A DNA stretch of 64,000 nt, from positions 1,152,001-1,216,000 of the forward strand of contig CBDHHL010000056.1 in assembly GCA_965263355.1 (NCBI GenBank), given 5' to 3'. A program made the position numbers and the translations under genes. A model generated the notes under the pieces. It was not told where the DNA came from. It did not search any database and saw only the letters and a program-made list of their open reading frames with translations. Positions 42,190 to 52,089 of the stretch are shown in pieces. Each line of letters starts with the position of its first letter. The stretch's first letter is position 1. Origin of the DNA: Leptolyngbyaceae cyanobacterium. GTDB taxonomy: Bacteria; Cyanobacteriota; Cyanobacteriia; Phormidesmidales; Phormidesmidaceae.

Positions 42190-44613
42190 ATGCCAATTGC
42201 CCTATCCCCCGTTTTTGACTGGTTTCGACGCCAGCAATGGCAGCCCTTACCCTTTCAAAAGCAAACCTGGGATGCCCATTTAACGGGCAACAGTGGTCTT
42301 ATTCAAGTGCCCACCGGGTCAGGTAAAACCTATGCCGCCGTCATGGGTCCCATCGCCGATATGCTGGCAAACCCTGGTAAAGGCCTGCAATTGCTTTATA
42401 TCACGCCCCTGCGAGCGTTATCTCGGGATATTGAAAAATCAATTCAGCAGCCTATTACAGATATGGGTTGGCCCCTTCAGGTCGAATCTCGCACAGGGGA
42501 TACCAAAGCCTCTCTAAAGGCCCGCCAAAAAAAGACGCTACCTGAAATTTTAATTACTACGCCTGAGTCCTTGTCAGTGTTGCTGTCCTATAAAGGGGCG
42601 CGTCAGCGTTTTGGCAACCTGCGCACGGTTATTCTAGATGAATGGCATGAACTGATGAGTTCGAAGCGGGGTACCCAAACGGAACTGTGTTTGGCCCAGC
42701 TGCGATTAATCAAACCAGATCTTAAGACCTGGGCGATTTCCGCTACCCTTGGCAATTTAGCAGAAGCGGCCCAAGCTGCGGTGGGGCTGGGGATGGAACC
42801 GGTCATCATTCAATCTAATATTAAACGCGAGACCAAAATCCAAAGTATTTTGCCGGAGTCGGTGGATAGTTTTCCCTGGGCAGGACACCTGGGACTGCAC
42901 TTGTTTCAGGAGCTAGTGGATAGCCTGGACCCAGAAAAGTCGACACTGATTTTTACCAATACGCGATCGCAAGCCGAACGTTGGTTTCAAGCCCTCAACT
43001 TTGCCGAACCGGACTGTCCCATGGCATTGCACCACGGGTCCATCAATATGGACGAACGGCAGGCCATCGAAGCTGGTATCAAAAGTGGTGCCCTCAAGTG
43101 GGTGATCTGCACATCATCCCTGGACCTGGGTGTGGACTTTCATCCAGTAGAGCGCATTGTCCAAATCGGCAGTGCCAAAAATCTAGCTCGATTGCTACAG
43201 CGAGCCGGACGATCTGCCCATCAGCCCGGCGGCACCTCAGAGGTCTTCTTTCTACCCACCAATGCCCTGGAGTTACTGGAAATAGCAGCGTTTCGTCAAG
43301 GTCTGGCCCAGGGAGATATCGAATCTCGCCATGCCCTGCGGTTACCGTATGACGTCCTCAGTCAGCATCTGGTCACCTTGGCCTGTGGCGATGGCTTTGC
43401 GCCTGCCCCTACCCTGGCCTCTATTCGTCAAACCATTGCATTTCAAGATATTAGCGATGCCGCCTTTGAGTGGATGCTGGACTTTCTCGAAAAAGGCGGA
43501 CGTTGCCTCAACGCCTATCCCCGCTATCAAAAGCTAGTGTTTGATGCAGGGTACTACAAAGTTTCTAACGCCCAAATCTCTCGTATGCACCGCCTCAGCA
43601 TTGGCACCATTACCGGTAATCAGCAGGTACAAGTGGTTTATACCAACCGCCGCAAACTGGGCACCGTTGACGAGGGGTTTGTCTCACGGTTAAAAAAAGG
43701 TGATGTCTTTTTCTTCGCCGGTCGTCAGCTAGAATTTTTCCAGCTAAAAGACATGGTGTTATATGTCAAAAACACCCGTAAAAAGTCCACAACTGTTCCC
43801 GTATGGACCGGTGGCAATCTGGCAATTTCCGATTGTTTAAGCCATCATTTACGACAGCAAATTACCCAGATTAAATCAGACGAGAGTATTAGTCCCGAAG
43901 TGGCATGTATTATGCCGATTCTGGCAGCACAGGACCATATCTCTTATTTACCAGCAGACCAAGAACTGTTAGTCGAAACCTGGAAAAGCCGTGAAGGACA
44001 ACATCTCTATGTCTTTCCATTTGAAGGACGTTTTGTCCATGAGGGGTTAGGTTTTCTATGGACCTACCGCTTTGCCCAGTTTCAAAAAGCGACATTCACC
44101 GTTTCTGTTAATGACTATGGGTTTGAAATTCTTGCCCCAAAAGGCTATTCTTTTGAATCAATTTTTCAAAACCACTCTTCTCATTTCTTTAATCTAGACA
44201 ATATTGTCAAAGATATCCGTGCTAGCTTAAATATTTCAGAATTGACTCAGCGACGATTTCGCAGCATTGCCCAGGTTGCTAATCTGGTCTTTCAAGGCTA
44301 TCCGTCCTCCCGCAAAACTGGTAGTCAACTCCAGGTCAGCGCTTCGTTGATCTATGAGGTATTTTCTAAATATGAAGCTGACAACCTGCTGCTACTGCAA
44401 GCAGAACAAGAAGTCTTAGAACAACAGTTAGAGCTAGAGCGTCTAGAATTTGCTCTGGGCCGTTTGCAAAATTTCAATGTGATTTGGCAAACTACAAAAC
44501 GCCCTTCACCTTTAGCATTTCCTTTATTGGTAGAGCGTCTCAGTGCACGACTATCCAATGAGAGTCTGCTGGAACGCATAGAGCGCTTAAAGCAACAGCT
44601 GATTAATAAGTAA
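42190..44613 (+). CDS. Ligase-associated DNA damage response DEXH-box helicase (Lhr family)
   Basis: PTGSGKT, ITPLRAL, LDEWHE, SAT, HHGS, SSLDLGVD, QRAGRSAH and PSPLAFPL motifs. Confidence 0.93.
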   Translation: MPIALSPVFDWFRRQQWQPLPFQKQTWDAHLTGNSGLIQVPTGSGKTYAAVMGPIADMLANPGKGLQLLYITPLRALSRDIEKSIQQPITDMGWPLQVESRTGDTKASLKARQKKTLPEILITTPESLSVLLSYKGARQRFGNLRTVILDEWHELMSSKRGTQTELCLAQLRLIKPDLKTWAISATLGNLAEAAQAAVGLGMEPVIIQSNIKRETKIQSILPESVDSFPWAGHLGLHLFQELVDSLDPEKSTLIFTNTRSQAERWFQALNFAEPDCPMALHHGSINMDERQAIEAGIKSGALKWVICTSSLDLGVDFHPVERIVQIGSAKNLARLLQRAGRSAHQPGGTSEVFFLPTNALELLEIAAFRQGLAQGDIESRHALRLPYDVLSQHLVTLACGDGFAPAPTLASIRQTIAFQDISDAAFEWMLDFLEKGGRCLNAYPRYQKLVFDAGYYKVSNAQISRMHRLSIGTITGNQQVQVVYTNRRKLGTVDEGFVSRLKKGDVFFFAGRQLEFFQLKDMVLYVKNTRKKSTTVPVWTGGNLAISDCLSHHLRQQITQIKSDESISPEVACIMPILAAQDHISYLPADQELLVETWKSREGQHLYVFPFEGRFVHEGLGFLWTYRFAQFQKATFTVSVNDYGFEILAPKGYSFESIFQNHSSHFFNLDNIVKDIRASLNISELTQRRFRSIAQVANLVFQGYPSSRKTGSQLQVSASLIYEVFSKYEADNLLLLQAEQEVLEQQLELERLEFALGRLQNFNVIWQTTKRPSPLAFPLLVERLSARLSNESLLERIERLKQQLINK

Positions 44614-44615
44614 TA

Positions 44616-44738
44616 CCAAATTCGCAGGAAATTCACACGGGACAACCAACATTTGGCATGATTACCAACAGGAATGAGTTTTTATTTTTGCAGACAATGC
44701 AACAAGAGTATGGTAATTCGCGGTTGTTTTCGTTTGAG
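44616..44738 (+). pseudogene. C-terminal fragment of a cyanobacterial HsdR_N-like (type I restriction R-like) gene
   Basis: Start-less frame reads PNSQEIHTGQPTFGMITNRNEFLFLQTMQQEYGNSRLFSF, resembling the P.FGMVTNG.EF.F.K...Y..SR.F C-terminus of that family (from memory). Confidence 0.5.
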
Positions 44739-45293
44739 CCCACATTATTTCATATATGCATACCTCGATTGCAGGGCCACCATACGGGATCGCTCCCTGG
44801 GGACTAATGCATTCTAATCGGAGGAATCATTCAGATTGGCACTACTCACTACCCTTGGAGCAGCTCAGGGCAAGCTCACTACGCACCGTCTTTCCCAAAC
44901 TCTTGAATTTGAAGAAATACCAGAAATAAACTTGGAAATGATGGCAGCAAATACAGATGTTGATGGATAGTATGTCAATGGGAATAAATAACATCAGCAG
45001 CTTTGAGTGCAGAGCGCGTCCCCGATTGATGGTGTTCGTTCTGCGGTGATTTTATTAGATGGCTGTCAGAATCTGAATCGCTATCGCAGTTTTCGCCCTA
45101 TGGTGCTGGTTAACTAAACCTAAATGTCCCCATTCGCTGCACCAGCAGCTCTATTTTAGTGTCCCAATTATTTCTTATTAGCTAAGTAAAATCTATGGAA
45201 ACTAAAATTGATACGTTTCCGTCTTTGCGTATAACTTCTTGGTGACTTATTAAGAAATAAAACCCATGCAAAAAAGCCATTCTCAGAGGTGCA

Positions 45294-46355
45294 ATGGATC
45301 CTAATTTTTGGAGAGGAAAACGCGTATTATTGACAGGGCATACCGGATTCAAGGGAAGCTGGTTGTCTCTTTGGCTTCAACTGGTCGGTACTGAACTCGT
45401 AGGATACGCACTGCAACCGCCAACAAACCCGAGTTTATTCGAGATCGCTCAGGTAGCCAATGGCATGACGTCTATCATTGGGGATGTTTGTAACGGCAAA
45501 ACACTGCATCAGGTTGTTGCTGACTTCCGCCCAGAAATTGTGATTCACATGGCAGCTCAATCGGTTGTGCATACATCCTATACAGATCCTGTATCGACTT
45601 ACGAGACCAATGTCATGGGTACCGTTCATCTACTAGAGGCCGTTCGACAAGTGGGAGGTGTGCAAGCCTTAGTGAATATAACCTCAGACAAATGCTACGA
45701 AAATAAAGAATGGGTATGGGGATATCGTGAGGTTGATCCGTTAGGTGGCTATGATCCCTACAGCAATAGCAAAGCTTGCGCTGAGCTGGTGACAGAATCA
45801 TACCGAAATTCCTTCTTTCATGCGAGTGATTACTCAGAGCATGGAGTTGCGATCGCGACAGCCCGTGCAGGAAATGTTATTGCTGGTGGCGATTGGACCC
45901 AAAACGGTCTGGTTGCTGATATTGTTCAAGCCTTATTAGAACAGCGTCCCGTCCTAATTCGTAACCCTTATGCTACTCGTCCTTGGCAACATGTGTTAGA
46001 TGCCCTAAATGGCTACTTAACATTAGCAGAAAATCTTTATAACAAAGGTCCTGCCTTTGCTGATGCCTGGAACTTTGGTCCCTATGGGTCGGATGTTAAA
46101 CCAGTTGGTTGGTTAGTCGATCAACTCTTATCTCTCTGGGGTAACGGTGCTACCTGGGAACAGGACCAAGCCTATCATCCCCATGAAGCAAATTCCCTCA
46201 GCCTAGATTGTGCTAAAGCACGACTTAAGTTAGGTTGGAGTCCCAAGATTTCCCTAGACCAGGGGTTAGAACAAATCATCACATGGACTAAGGCCTATCA
46301 ATCTGGAGCCGATATGCGAAAAGTCACCGAAACGGCAATTTCTCAGTTGATTTAA
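45294..46355 (+). CDS. rfbG: CDP-glucose 4,6-dehydratase
   Basis: TGHTGFKGSWL, ITSDKCY, DPYSNSK and TRPWQHVL motifs. Confidence 0.95.
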   Translation: MDPNFWRGKRVLLTGHTGFKGSWLSLWLQLVGTELVGYALQPPTNPSLFEIAQVANGMTSIIGDVCNGKTLHQVVADFRPEIVIHMAAQSVVHTSYTDPVSTYETNVMGTVHLLEAVRQVGGVQALVNITSDKCYENKEWVWGYREVDPLGGYDPYSNSKACAELVTESYRNSFFHASDYSEHGVAIATARAGNVIAGGDWTQNGLVADIVQALLEQRPVLIRNPYATRPWQHVLDALNGYLTLAENLYNKGPAFADAWNFGPYGSDVKPVGWLVDQLLSLWGNGATWEQDQAYHPHEANSLSLDCAKARLKLGWSPKISLDQGLEQIITWTKAYQSGADMRKVTETAISQLI

Positions 46356-46426
46356 GTCCACCATTACCAGTATTTCAGATTTTCATCCTCGACATCACTT
46401 TATCCTTATTACCTTACAAGTAGACC

Positions 46427-47707
46427 ATGACTCAACAAGCTGAAATGACAAGACCTCTGGAAAATTCTCTTAAGAAGACCCCAAAGTGTCTCTTTTGTGG
46501 AACCCCTTTAGAACATACCCTGGTCGATTTGGGCATGTCACCGTTGTGTGAAAGCATCTTAAGTGTTGAGCAGGTTAACAAAATGGAGGCATTCTACCCT
46601 CTACATGTTCGTGTGTGCAGCAATTGTTTTCTCGCCCAGTTGGAGGCATATGTTAGCGCAGAAGATATTTTTACTGAATATGCCTACTTTTCATCCTACA
46701 GTGATACCTGGTTAGCCCAATGTAAAGCCTATGCCGATCAGGTCGTGGAACGGTTTAATCTCAATGAAGAAAGCCATGTTGTTGAACTAGCGAGTAACGA
46801 CGGTTACCTGTTGCAGTACTTTGTAGAAAAGAAAATTCCAGTCCTAGGCATTGAGCCTGCCACTAACATCGCTAAGGTTGCAGTGGAAAAAGGTATTCCC
46901 ACCCTCAATGAGTTTTTTGGCCAGGACTGTGCCCAAAAATTAGTGCAGCAGGGTAAGCAAGGTGATCTAATTGCCGCGAACAATGTATTGGCCCATGTAC
47001 CGAATTTGAATGATTTTGTTGCTGGCATCAAAATCTTACTCAAACCCCAGGGTGTGTTTACAGGGGAAATTCAACATTTGATGCGGTTAATGGAGTTCAA
47101 TCAATTTGACACCATTTATCACGAGCATTTCTTCTATCACACCCTCACCACGCTAGAAGAAATCTTTGCTGCCCATGGCATGACAATCTTTGATGTGGAA
47201 GAGCTGCCCACCCATGGTGGATCATTGCGTATTTATGCACGACATGCAGATGATTTATCCAAACCAGTGGGAGAGCGCGTCATTGACCTCAGGCAACGGG
47301 AAGAAAAAGCAGGGCTCAGGACGTTGGAATGCTATGCACATTTTGATGAACAAGTACGAGAAACTAAGCGTAAATTGCTAGATTTCTTAATTCAAACAAA
47401 GCGAGAGGGAAAAACGGTTGTTGGGTATGGCGCACCTGGTAAAGGAAACACGCTACTAAATTATTGCGGCATCCGCACAGATTTTCTGGACTATACAGTT
47501 GATAGAAATCCTTATAAGCATGGAAAATTCCTACCAGGAACCCATATTCCCGTTTTCGCGCCAGATAAAATCAAGGAAACAAAACCTGATTATGTGCTGA
47601 TTTTACCTTGGAATGTTAAGGATGAAATCATGGAGCAAATGAGTATGATTCGCGAATGGGGTGGAAAATTTGTTGTGCCCATTCCTGAAGTAAAAATCTA
47701 CCCTTAG
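46427..47707 (+). CDS. NDP-sugar C-methyltransferase (zinc-binding, SAM-dependent)
   Basis: CLFC...CSNC zinc motif, ASNDGYLL, FDTIYHEH, HGGSLR, YGAPGKGNT and ILPWN motifs. Confidence 0.9.
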   Translation: MTQQAEMTRPLENSLKKTPKCLFCGTPLEHTLVDLGMSPLCESILSVEQVNKMEAFYPLHVRVCSNCFLAQLEAYVSAEDIFTEYAYFSSYSDTWLAQCKAYADQVVERFNLNEESHVVELASNDGYLLQYFVEKKIPVLGIEPATNIAKVAVEKGIPTLNEFFGQDCAQKLVQQGKQGDLIAANNVLAHVPNLNDFVAGIKILLKPQGVFTGEIQHLMRLMEFNQFDTIYHEHFFYHTLTTLEEIFAAHGMTIFDVEELPTHGGSLRIYARHADDLSKPVGERVIDLRQREEKAGLRTLECYAHFDEQVRETKRKLLDFLIQTKREGKTVVGYGAPGKGNTLLNYCGIRTDFLDYTVDRNPYKHGKFLPGTHIPVFAPDKIKETKPDYVLILPWNVKDEIMEQMSMIREWGGKFVVPIPEVKIYP

Positions 47708-47720
47708 CAATAAAAAATTT

Positions 47721-47896
47721 ATGCCTATCCAGTTAAAAACTGCATACATCATAGAGTTGGAACGCTTAGGGGACCAGTGTGGATTCTTTGTAAGAACTTG
47801 GCGTAAGCAACAGTTTTCAATAAATGGATTGAGCCCAACCTGATTCAATTCAGTATTTCCTTCAATATCAAAAAGGGAACTTTCAACCTTCGATAG
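47721..47896 (+). pseudogene. rfbC: Frameshifted, truncated NDP-4-keto-6-deoxyhexose 3,5-epimerase
   Basis: LKTAYIIELERLGDQCGFFVRTW...GLS, stop, then in a shifted frame PNLIQFSISFNIKKGT; only the RmlC N-terminus is present. Confidence 0.75.
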
Positions 47897-47926
47897 CTCA
47901 CACTCAAAGTATGCCAGGACCATGAA

Positions 47927-49261
47927 ATGAATATAAGTCTGGATCTTGATGCGAAATCACTTGATATGAATTGCCTAGGATCAGAGATGTACAACCTGAT
48001 CGTTGATCTCTATCCAATTTGCCGTAGCATCACTGGCAATGGCGTACGAAAATCATTACAGATTGTTCAGCAGCATATTCCATTAGAGATGCATGAAGTC
48101 CCCACGGGGACGCCCGTTTTTGACTGGACTGTCCCTAAAGAATGGAATATCCGCGACGCTTACGTTAAGGATGAAACAGGCAAAAAGGTTATTGATTTTC
48201 AAGAATCAAATTTGCATGTAGTCAACTATAGCTTGCCAATTCACAAAAAGATGCCTCTTTCTCAGTTAAAAGATCATCTTTTCTCAATACCCGATCGACC
48301 AGATTGGATTCCTCATCGGACATCTTACTATAAAGAAACCTGGGGTTTTTGCCTGCCAGATCGAACCCTACAATCTCTGACCGATGGTGAATATGAAGTC
48401 TATATTGACTCTTCATTAGAAGAAGGTGCTCTCACCTACGGCGAGTTTGCTATACCAGGGCAAATAACAGATGAAGTCTTATTATTTTGCCATACTTGTC
48501 ACCCATCACTCTGTAACGATAACCTTTCGGGAATAGCCCTAGTCACCTTTCTGGCAAAGTATCTTAGCCAACAGTCTCTGCGTTACTCATATCGTTTCGT
48601 TTTTGCACCAGCGACCATTGGCGCAATTACCTGGTTGAGTCGCAATGAACATCGGGTGCCATTGATTAAGCATGGTTTGATCGTGGCTAATGTCGGAGAT
48701 TCAGGTCATTTAACCTATAAAAAAAGTCGTCGTGGAAATGCAGAAATTGACAGGGTCATCTCCTATATTCTAAAAGATTCATCCCAGGAATATAAAATCA
48801 TTGATTTCTCTCCATATGGGTATGACGAACGCCAATTTTGCTCACCTGGATTCAATTTACCCGTGGGCAGCTTGACGAGAAGCCAATTTGGCACCTTTCC
48901 CGAATACCACACCTCTGCTGACAATTTAGACTTTGTGCAAACGTCTGCTTTAGTCAACTCATTCGAAACATACCTGAATGTAATTGATATTTTAGAAAAC
49001 AACCACACCTACTTAAATACTAATCCTAAATGTGAGCCCCAACTGGGTAAGCGCGGCCTTTATAGTACGTTTGGAGGTAAACAAGCAACGCCTGATGATC
49101 GCATGGCACTCTTGTGGGTATTAAATCTGTCCGATGGGGAACACACATTGTTCGATATTGCTGAGCGTTCTAAATTGAATTTCTCAGTGATCAAGAATGC
49201 AGCATCCATTCTGGCAGATAGTGGCTTGCTAACGGTTTGTTCAAATACAGCTGAACACTAA
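47927..49261 (+). CDS. DUF4910 / M28 aminopeptidase-like protein with C-terminal HTH (polysaccharide-cluster associated)
   Basis: PICRSITGNG, WTVPKEW, HTCHPSLCNDNLSG, DERQFCSPG, EYHTSADN and CEPQLGKRGLY motifs. Confidence 0.85.
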   Translation: MNISLDLDAKSLDMNCLGSEMYNLIVDLYPICRSITGNGVRKSLQIVQQHIPLEMHEVPTGTPVFDWTVPKEWNIRDAYVKDETGKKVIDFQESNLHVVNYSLPIHKKMPLSQLKDHLFSIPDRPDWIPHRTSYYKETWGFCLPDRTLQSLTDGEYEVYIDSSLEEGALTYGEFAIPGQITDEVLLFCHTCHPSLCNDNLSGIALVTFLAKYLSQQSLRYSYRFVFAPATIGAITWLSRNEHRVPLIKHGLIVANVGDSGHLTYKKSRRGNAEIDRVISYILKDSSQEYKIIDFSPYGYDERQFCSPGFNLPVGSLTRSQFGTFPEYHTSADNLDFVQTSALVNSFETYLNVIDILENNHTYLNTNPKCEPQLGKRGLYSTFGGKQATPDDRMALLWVLNLSDGEHTLFDIAERSKLNFSVIKNAASILADSGLLTVCSNTAEH

Positions 49262-49369
49262 TCTCGCGCAAAGTCCAGGTGAAACCTAATTTTCTAATAT
49301 CAATTCAGGGGTCCCTTAGTTATTTAGCTAAACGAAAACATTAAACGTAAAAAAATCAAGGAAATCAAA

Positions 49370-50242
49370 ATGAAAGTCGTTCTATTTTGTGGTGGATTAG
49401 GAACTCGATTAAGAGAATATTCTGAAACTATTCCCAAGCCAATGGTGGAAATTGGCTATCGCCCAATTATTTGGCATCTGATGCGATATTACGCTCACTT
49501 TGGCCATAAAGAATTTATCTTGTGTCTTGGGTATAAAGGAGACTATATCAAAAATTACTTTCTCAACTATGACGAGTGTTTATCAAATAACTTTACCCTC
49601 ACCAATGGTGGCAAGGGGATTGAACTGCATACCACTGATATAGAAGACTGGAAAATCACGTTTGTTGATACCGGCCTAAATATGAATATCGGAGAACGAC
49701 TTGTCGCCGTTCAGCCTTATTTGGAAGGGGAGGATACCTTTCTCGCAAATTATGCAGATGGGCTCAGCAATCTTGATCTAAATTTGTATCTTGAGTATTT
49801 CCACCAACAAGACAAGATTGCTAGCTTTTTGGCGGTGCAACCCTCACAGTCATTCCATGTTGTTTCCTTGGACAAAGAGGATGGACTGGTGGAAAATATC
49901 CAGTCTGTAAGACATTCAGATTTATGGATCAACGGGGGCTACTTTGTTCTTAAAAAAGAAATTTTTGACTATATTTCTCCTGGTGAAGAGCTAGTGCTTG
50001 AGCCATTTCAGCGATTGATTCAGCAGAGACAACTGGTTGCTTACAGAAATCCTGGCTTTTGGGCATGTATGGATACCCTGAAGGAAAAGATGCTGTTTGA
50101 CGATATGTATGCAAAGGGAAACACTCCATGGGCTGTATGGGAATCCCTTCTAGAAACGTCAAAAAGTGGTAAAAATCTTGATATAAACAATTCTCTGAGT
50201 CTTGAGAAACCTCATAATAATCTAACATCATCGGCGATCTGA
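49370..50242 (+). CDS. rfbF: Glucose-1-phosphate cytidylyltransferase
   Basis: CGGLGTRLRE, PKPMVEIG, ANYADG, WINGGYF and GFWACMDT motifs. Confidence 0.9.
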   Translation: MKVVLFCGGLGTRLREYSETIPKPMVEIGYRPIIWHLMRYYAHFGHKEFILCLGYKGDYIKNYFLNYDECLSNNFTLTNGGKGIELHTTDIEDWKITFVDTGLNMNIGERLVAVQPYLEGEDTFLANYADGLSNLDLNLYLEYFHQQDKIASFLAVQPSQSFHVVSLDKEDGLVENIQSVRHSDLWINGGYFVLKKEIFDYISPGEELVLEPFQRLIQQRQLVAYRNPGFWACMDTLKEKMLFDDMYAKGNTPWAVWESLLETSKSGKNLDINNSLSLEKPHNNLTSSAI

Positions 50243-50323
50243 TAGAAATGACGAGAGGATTCCCTAAAAGAATCCTCTCACAGACGATTGACTAAATCTA
50301 CACCGTTGCTGTAAAAACCTGTT

Positions 50324-50983
50324 ATGTTGAAGCTACTCTGTAATCATCAGGATCAAAATTCATTCCACCGCATTCTGTGTCTAGGAGCCCATAGCGACGA
50401 TATTGAAATTGGGTGTGGGGGAACAATCTTAAAATTACTTGAACAGTTTCAAAATATTGATGTTTACTGGGTTGTTTTTTCTGCCATTGGGGATAGGCGA
50501 GAGGAGGCCTTAGCCAGTGCGAATACTTTCCTAAAGTCAGCAAACCAGACGAATATTATAATTAAGGAATTTAGGGAACGGTTTTTCCCATATATTGGCA
50601 TAGAGATAAAAGAGTTTTTTGATCAGCTAAGTAAAGAAGTCTCGCCTGATCTCGTCTTAACCCATTATCGCAATGATCTACATCAAGATCATCGATTGAT
50701 TGCTGAATTAACCTTGAATGCATTTCGCAATCATATGATTTTAGAGTATGAAATCCCTAAGTATGACGGGGATTTAGGCACTCCTAATTTCTTTGTTCAT
50801 CTCGACAAGGAGATTTATCAGCGAAAAGTTTCCTACCTAATGCAACATTTTCAAACCCAGTCTAATAAACAATGGTTTGACGAAGAAACCTTTTCATCAA
50901 TTCTAAGACTGCGAGGCATTGAATCAAATGCACCAGATAAGTATGCAGAAGCTTTTTATTGTCGAAAAGCGCTCTTGATTTAA
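50324..50983 (+). CDS. PIG-L family deacetylase
   Basis: GAHSDDIEIGCGG and DLHQDH motifs. Confidence 0.9.
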   Translation: MLKLLCNHQDQNSFHRILCLGAHSDDIEIGCGGTILKLLEQFQNIDVYWVVFSAIGDRREEALASANTFLKSANQTNIIIKEFRERFFPYIGIEIKEFFDQLSKEVSPDLVLTHYRNDLHQDHRLIAELTLNAFRNHMILEYEIPKYDGDLGTPNFFVHLDKEIYQRKVSYLMQHFQTQSNKQWFDEETFSSILRLRGIESNAPDKYAEAFYCRKALLI

Positions 50984-50987
50984 TCCC

Positions 50988-52022
50988 CTAATCCCAAATG
51001 TTTTCTAGCGTATAGGGGCCTCCTGGGACCTGCCAAAAAGCACCATCTACATAACGACGGTTCAAGTCAAGGCCAGCAATAGTTTGCATGTCCTCTGGTG
51101 TCAAAACAACATTAGCCGACGCTAAGTTTTGGCGAATACGTCCGGGATTGTAGGACTTGGGAATAACCACAGTCCCCCGTTGCATAGCCCAGCTCAGGAG
51201 CACCTGGGCAGCCGTTATCCCATGACGCTTGGCGATGGATGCAATGGTGGGTTCTTCCAGTAAGACCGGCTCATTGTCTGCCTTGAGACTATCAGGGCGA
51301 CCCGAAGATCCTAGAGGTGAATAGGCCGTCAGATAAATATTGTTAGCATTACAAAAATCTAACATTGATGGCTGCTGCAGATAGGGATGTAGCTCAATCT
51401 GATTTAGTTCTGGCTGAATCCGAGCGTTATCCAGCAGATTTTGTAATTTGGTGACAGTAAAATTGGACACCCCTATATGACGGCACAGTCCTTTATCCAC
51501 GAGGGATTCCATTGCATGCCAGGTGGTCAAAACAGGTAAGTCATTGAGGGAGATCAGCGTCTCTGTTGTTACGGGGAAGGTACTTCCCTTTTTGATAGCA
51601 ACAGGCCAATGCATAAGATATAAGTCTAGATAGTCGAGCTGCAAATTGGCGAGGGTTTCCTCTAACGCAGGCTGTACATCTTCTGGTGCATGGGCATCAC
51701 TCCACAGCTTGGAGGTAATCCACATCTGCTCTCGGGTGACAATACCCGCCTTAAAAGAATCAGCCAGGGCCCGGCCAATTTTCACTTCGTTGCCATAGAT
51801 ATGGGCACAGTCAATGTGGCGATAGCCCGCTGCGATCGCATCCTTCACAGCACTATACACATCGCCAGGGGCATATTTCCATGGGCCCAGTCCCAACATG
51901 CGATAGCCCGCTCCAATCGCCCGCTTAACCGTATTAGACGTGGTCCGAGGCGCAGATATCCACGTTCCTAAGCCCAACATGGGCATTTGATCGCCGTTGC
52001 TAAACGTAACTGTCCTGACCAT
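50988..52022 (-). CDS. Aldo/keto reductase with duplicated N-terminal segment
   Basis: GYRHIDCAHIYGNE, ITSKLW, YLDLYLMHWP, IGVSNF and IPKS motifs. Confidence 0.92.
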   Translation of the reverse strand: MVRTVTFSNGDQMPMLGLGTWISAPRTTSNTVKRAIGAGYRMLGLGPWKYAPGDVYSAVKDAIAAGYRHIDCAHIYGNEVKIGRALADSFKAGIVTREQMWITSKLWSDAHAPEDVQPALEETLANLQLDYLDLYLMHWPVAIKKGSTFPVTTETLISLNDLPVLTTWHAMESLVDKGLCRHIGVSNFTVTKLQNLLDNARIQPELNQIELHPYLQQPSMLDFCNANNIYLTAYSPLGSSGRPDSLKADNEPVLLEEPTIASIAKRHGITAAQVLLSWAMQRGTVVIPKSYNPGRIRQNLASANVVLTPEDMQTIAGLDLNRRYVDGAFWQVPGGPYTLENIWD

Positions 52023-52089
52023 CTATCGACCTCTACACACCGATTCAAAATTTCTTAGCCGCGAGAAACTTGGCTGATTTACAACCGTC

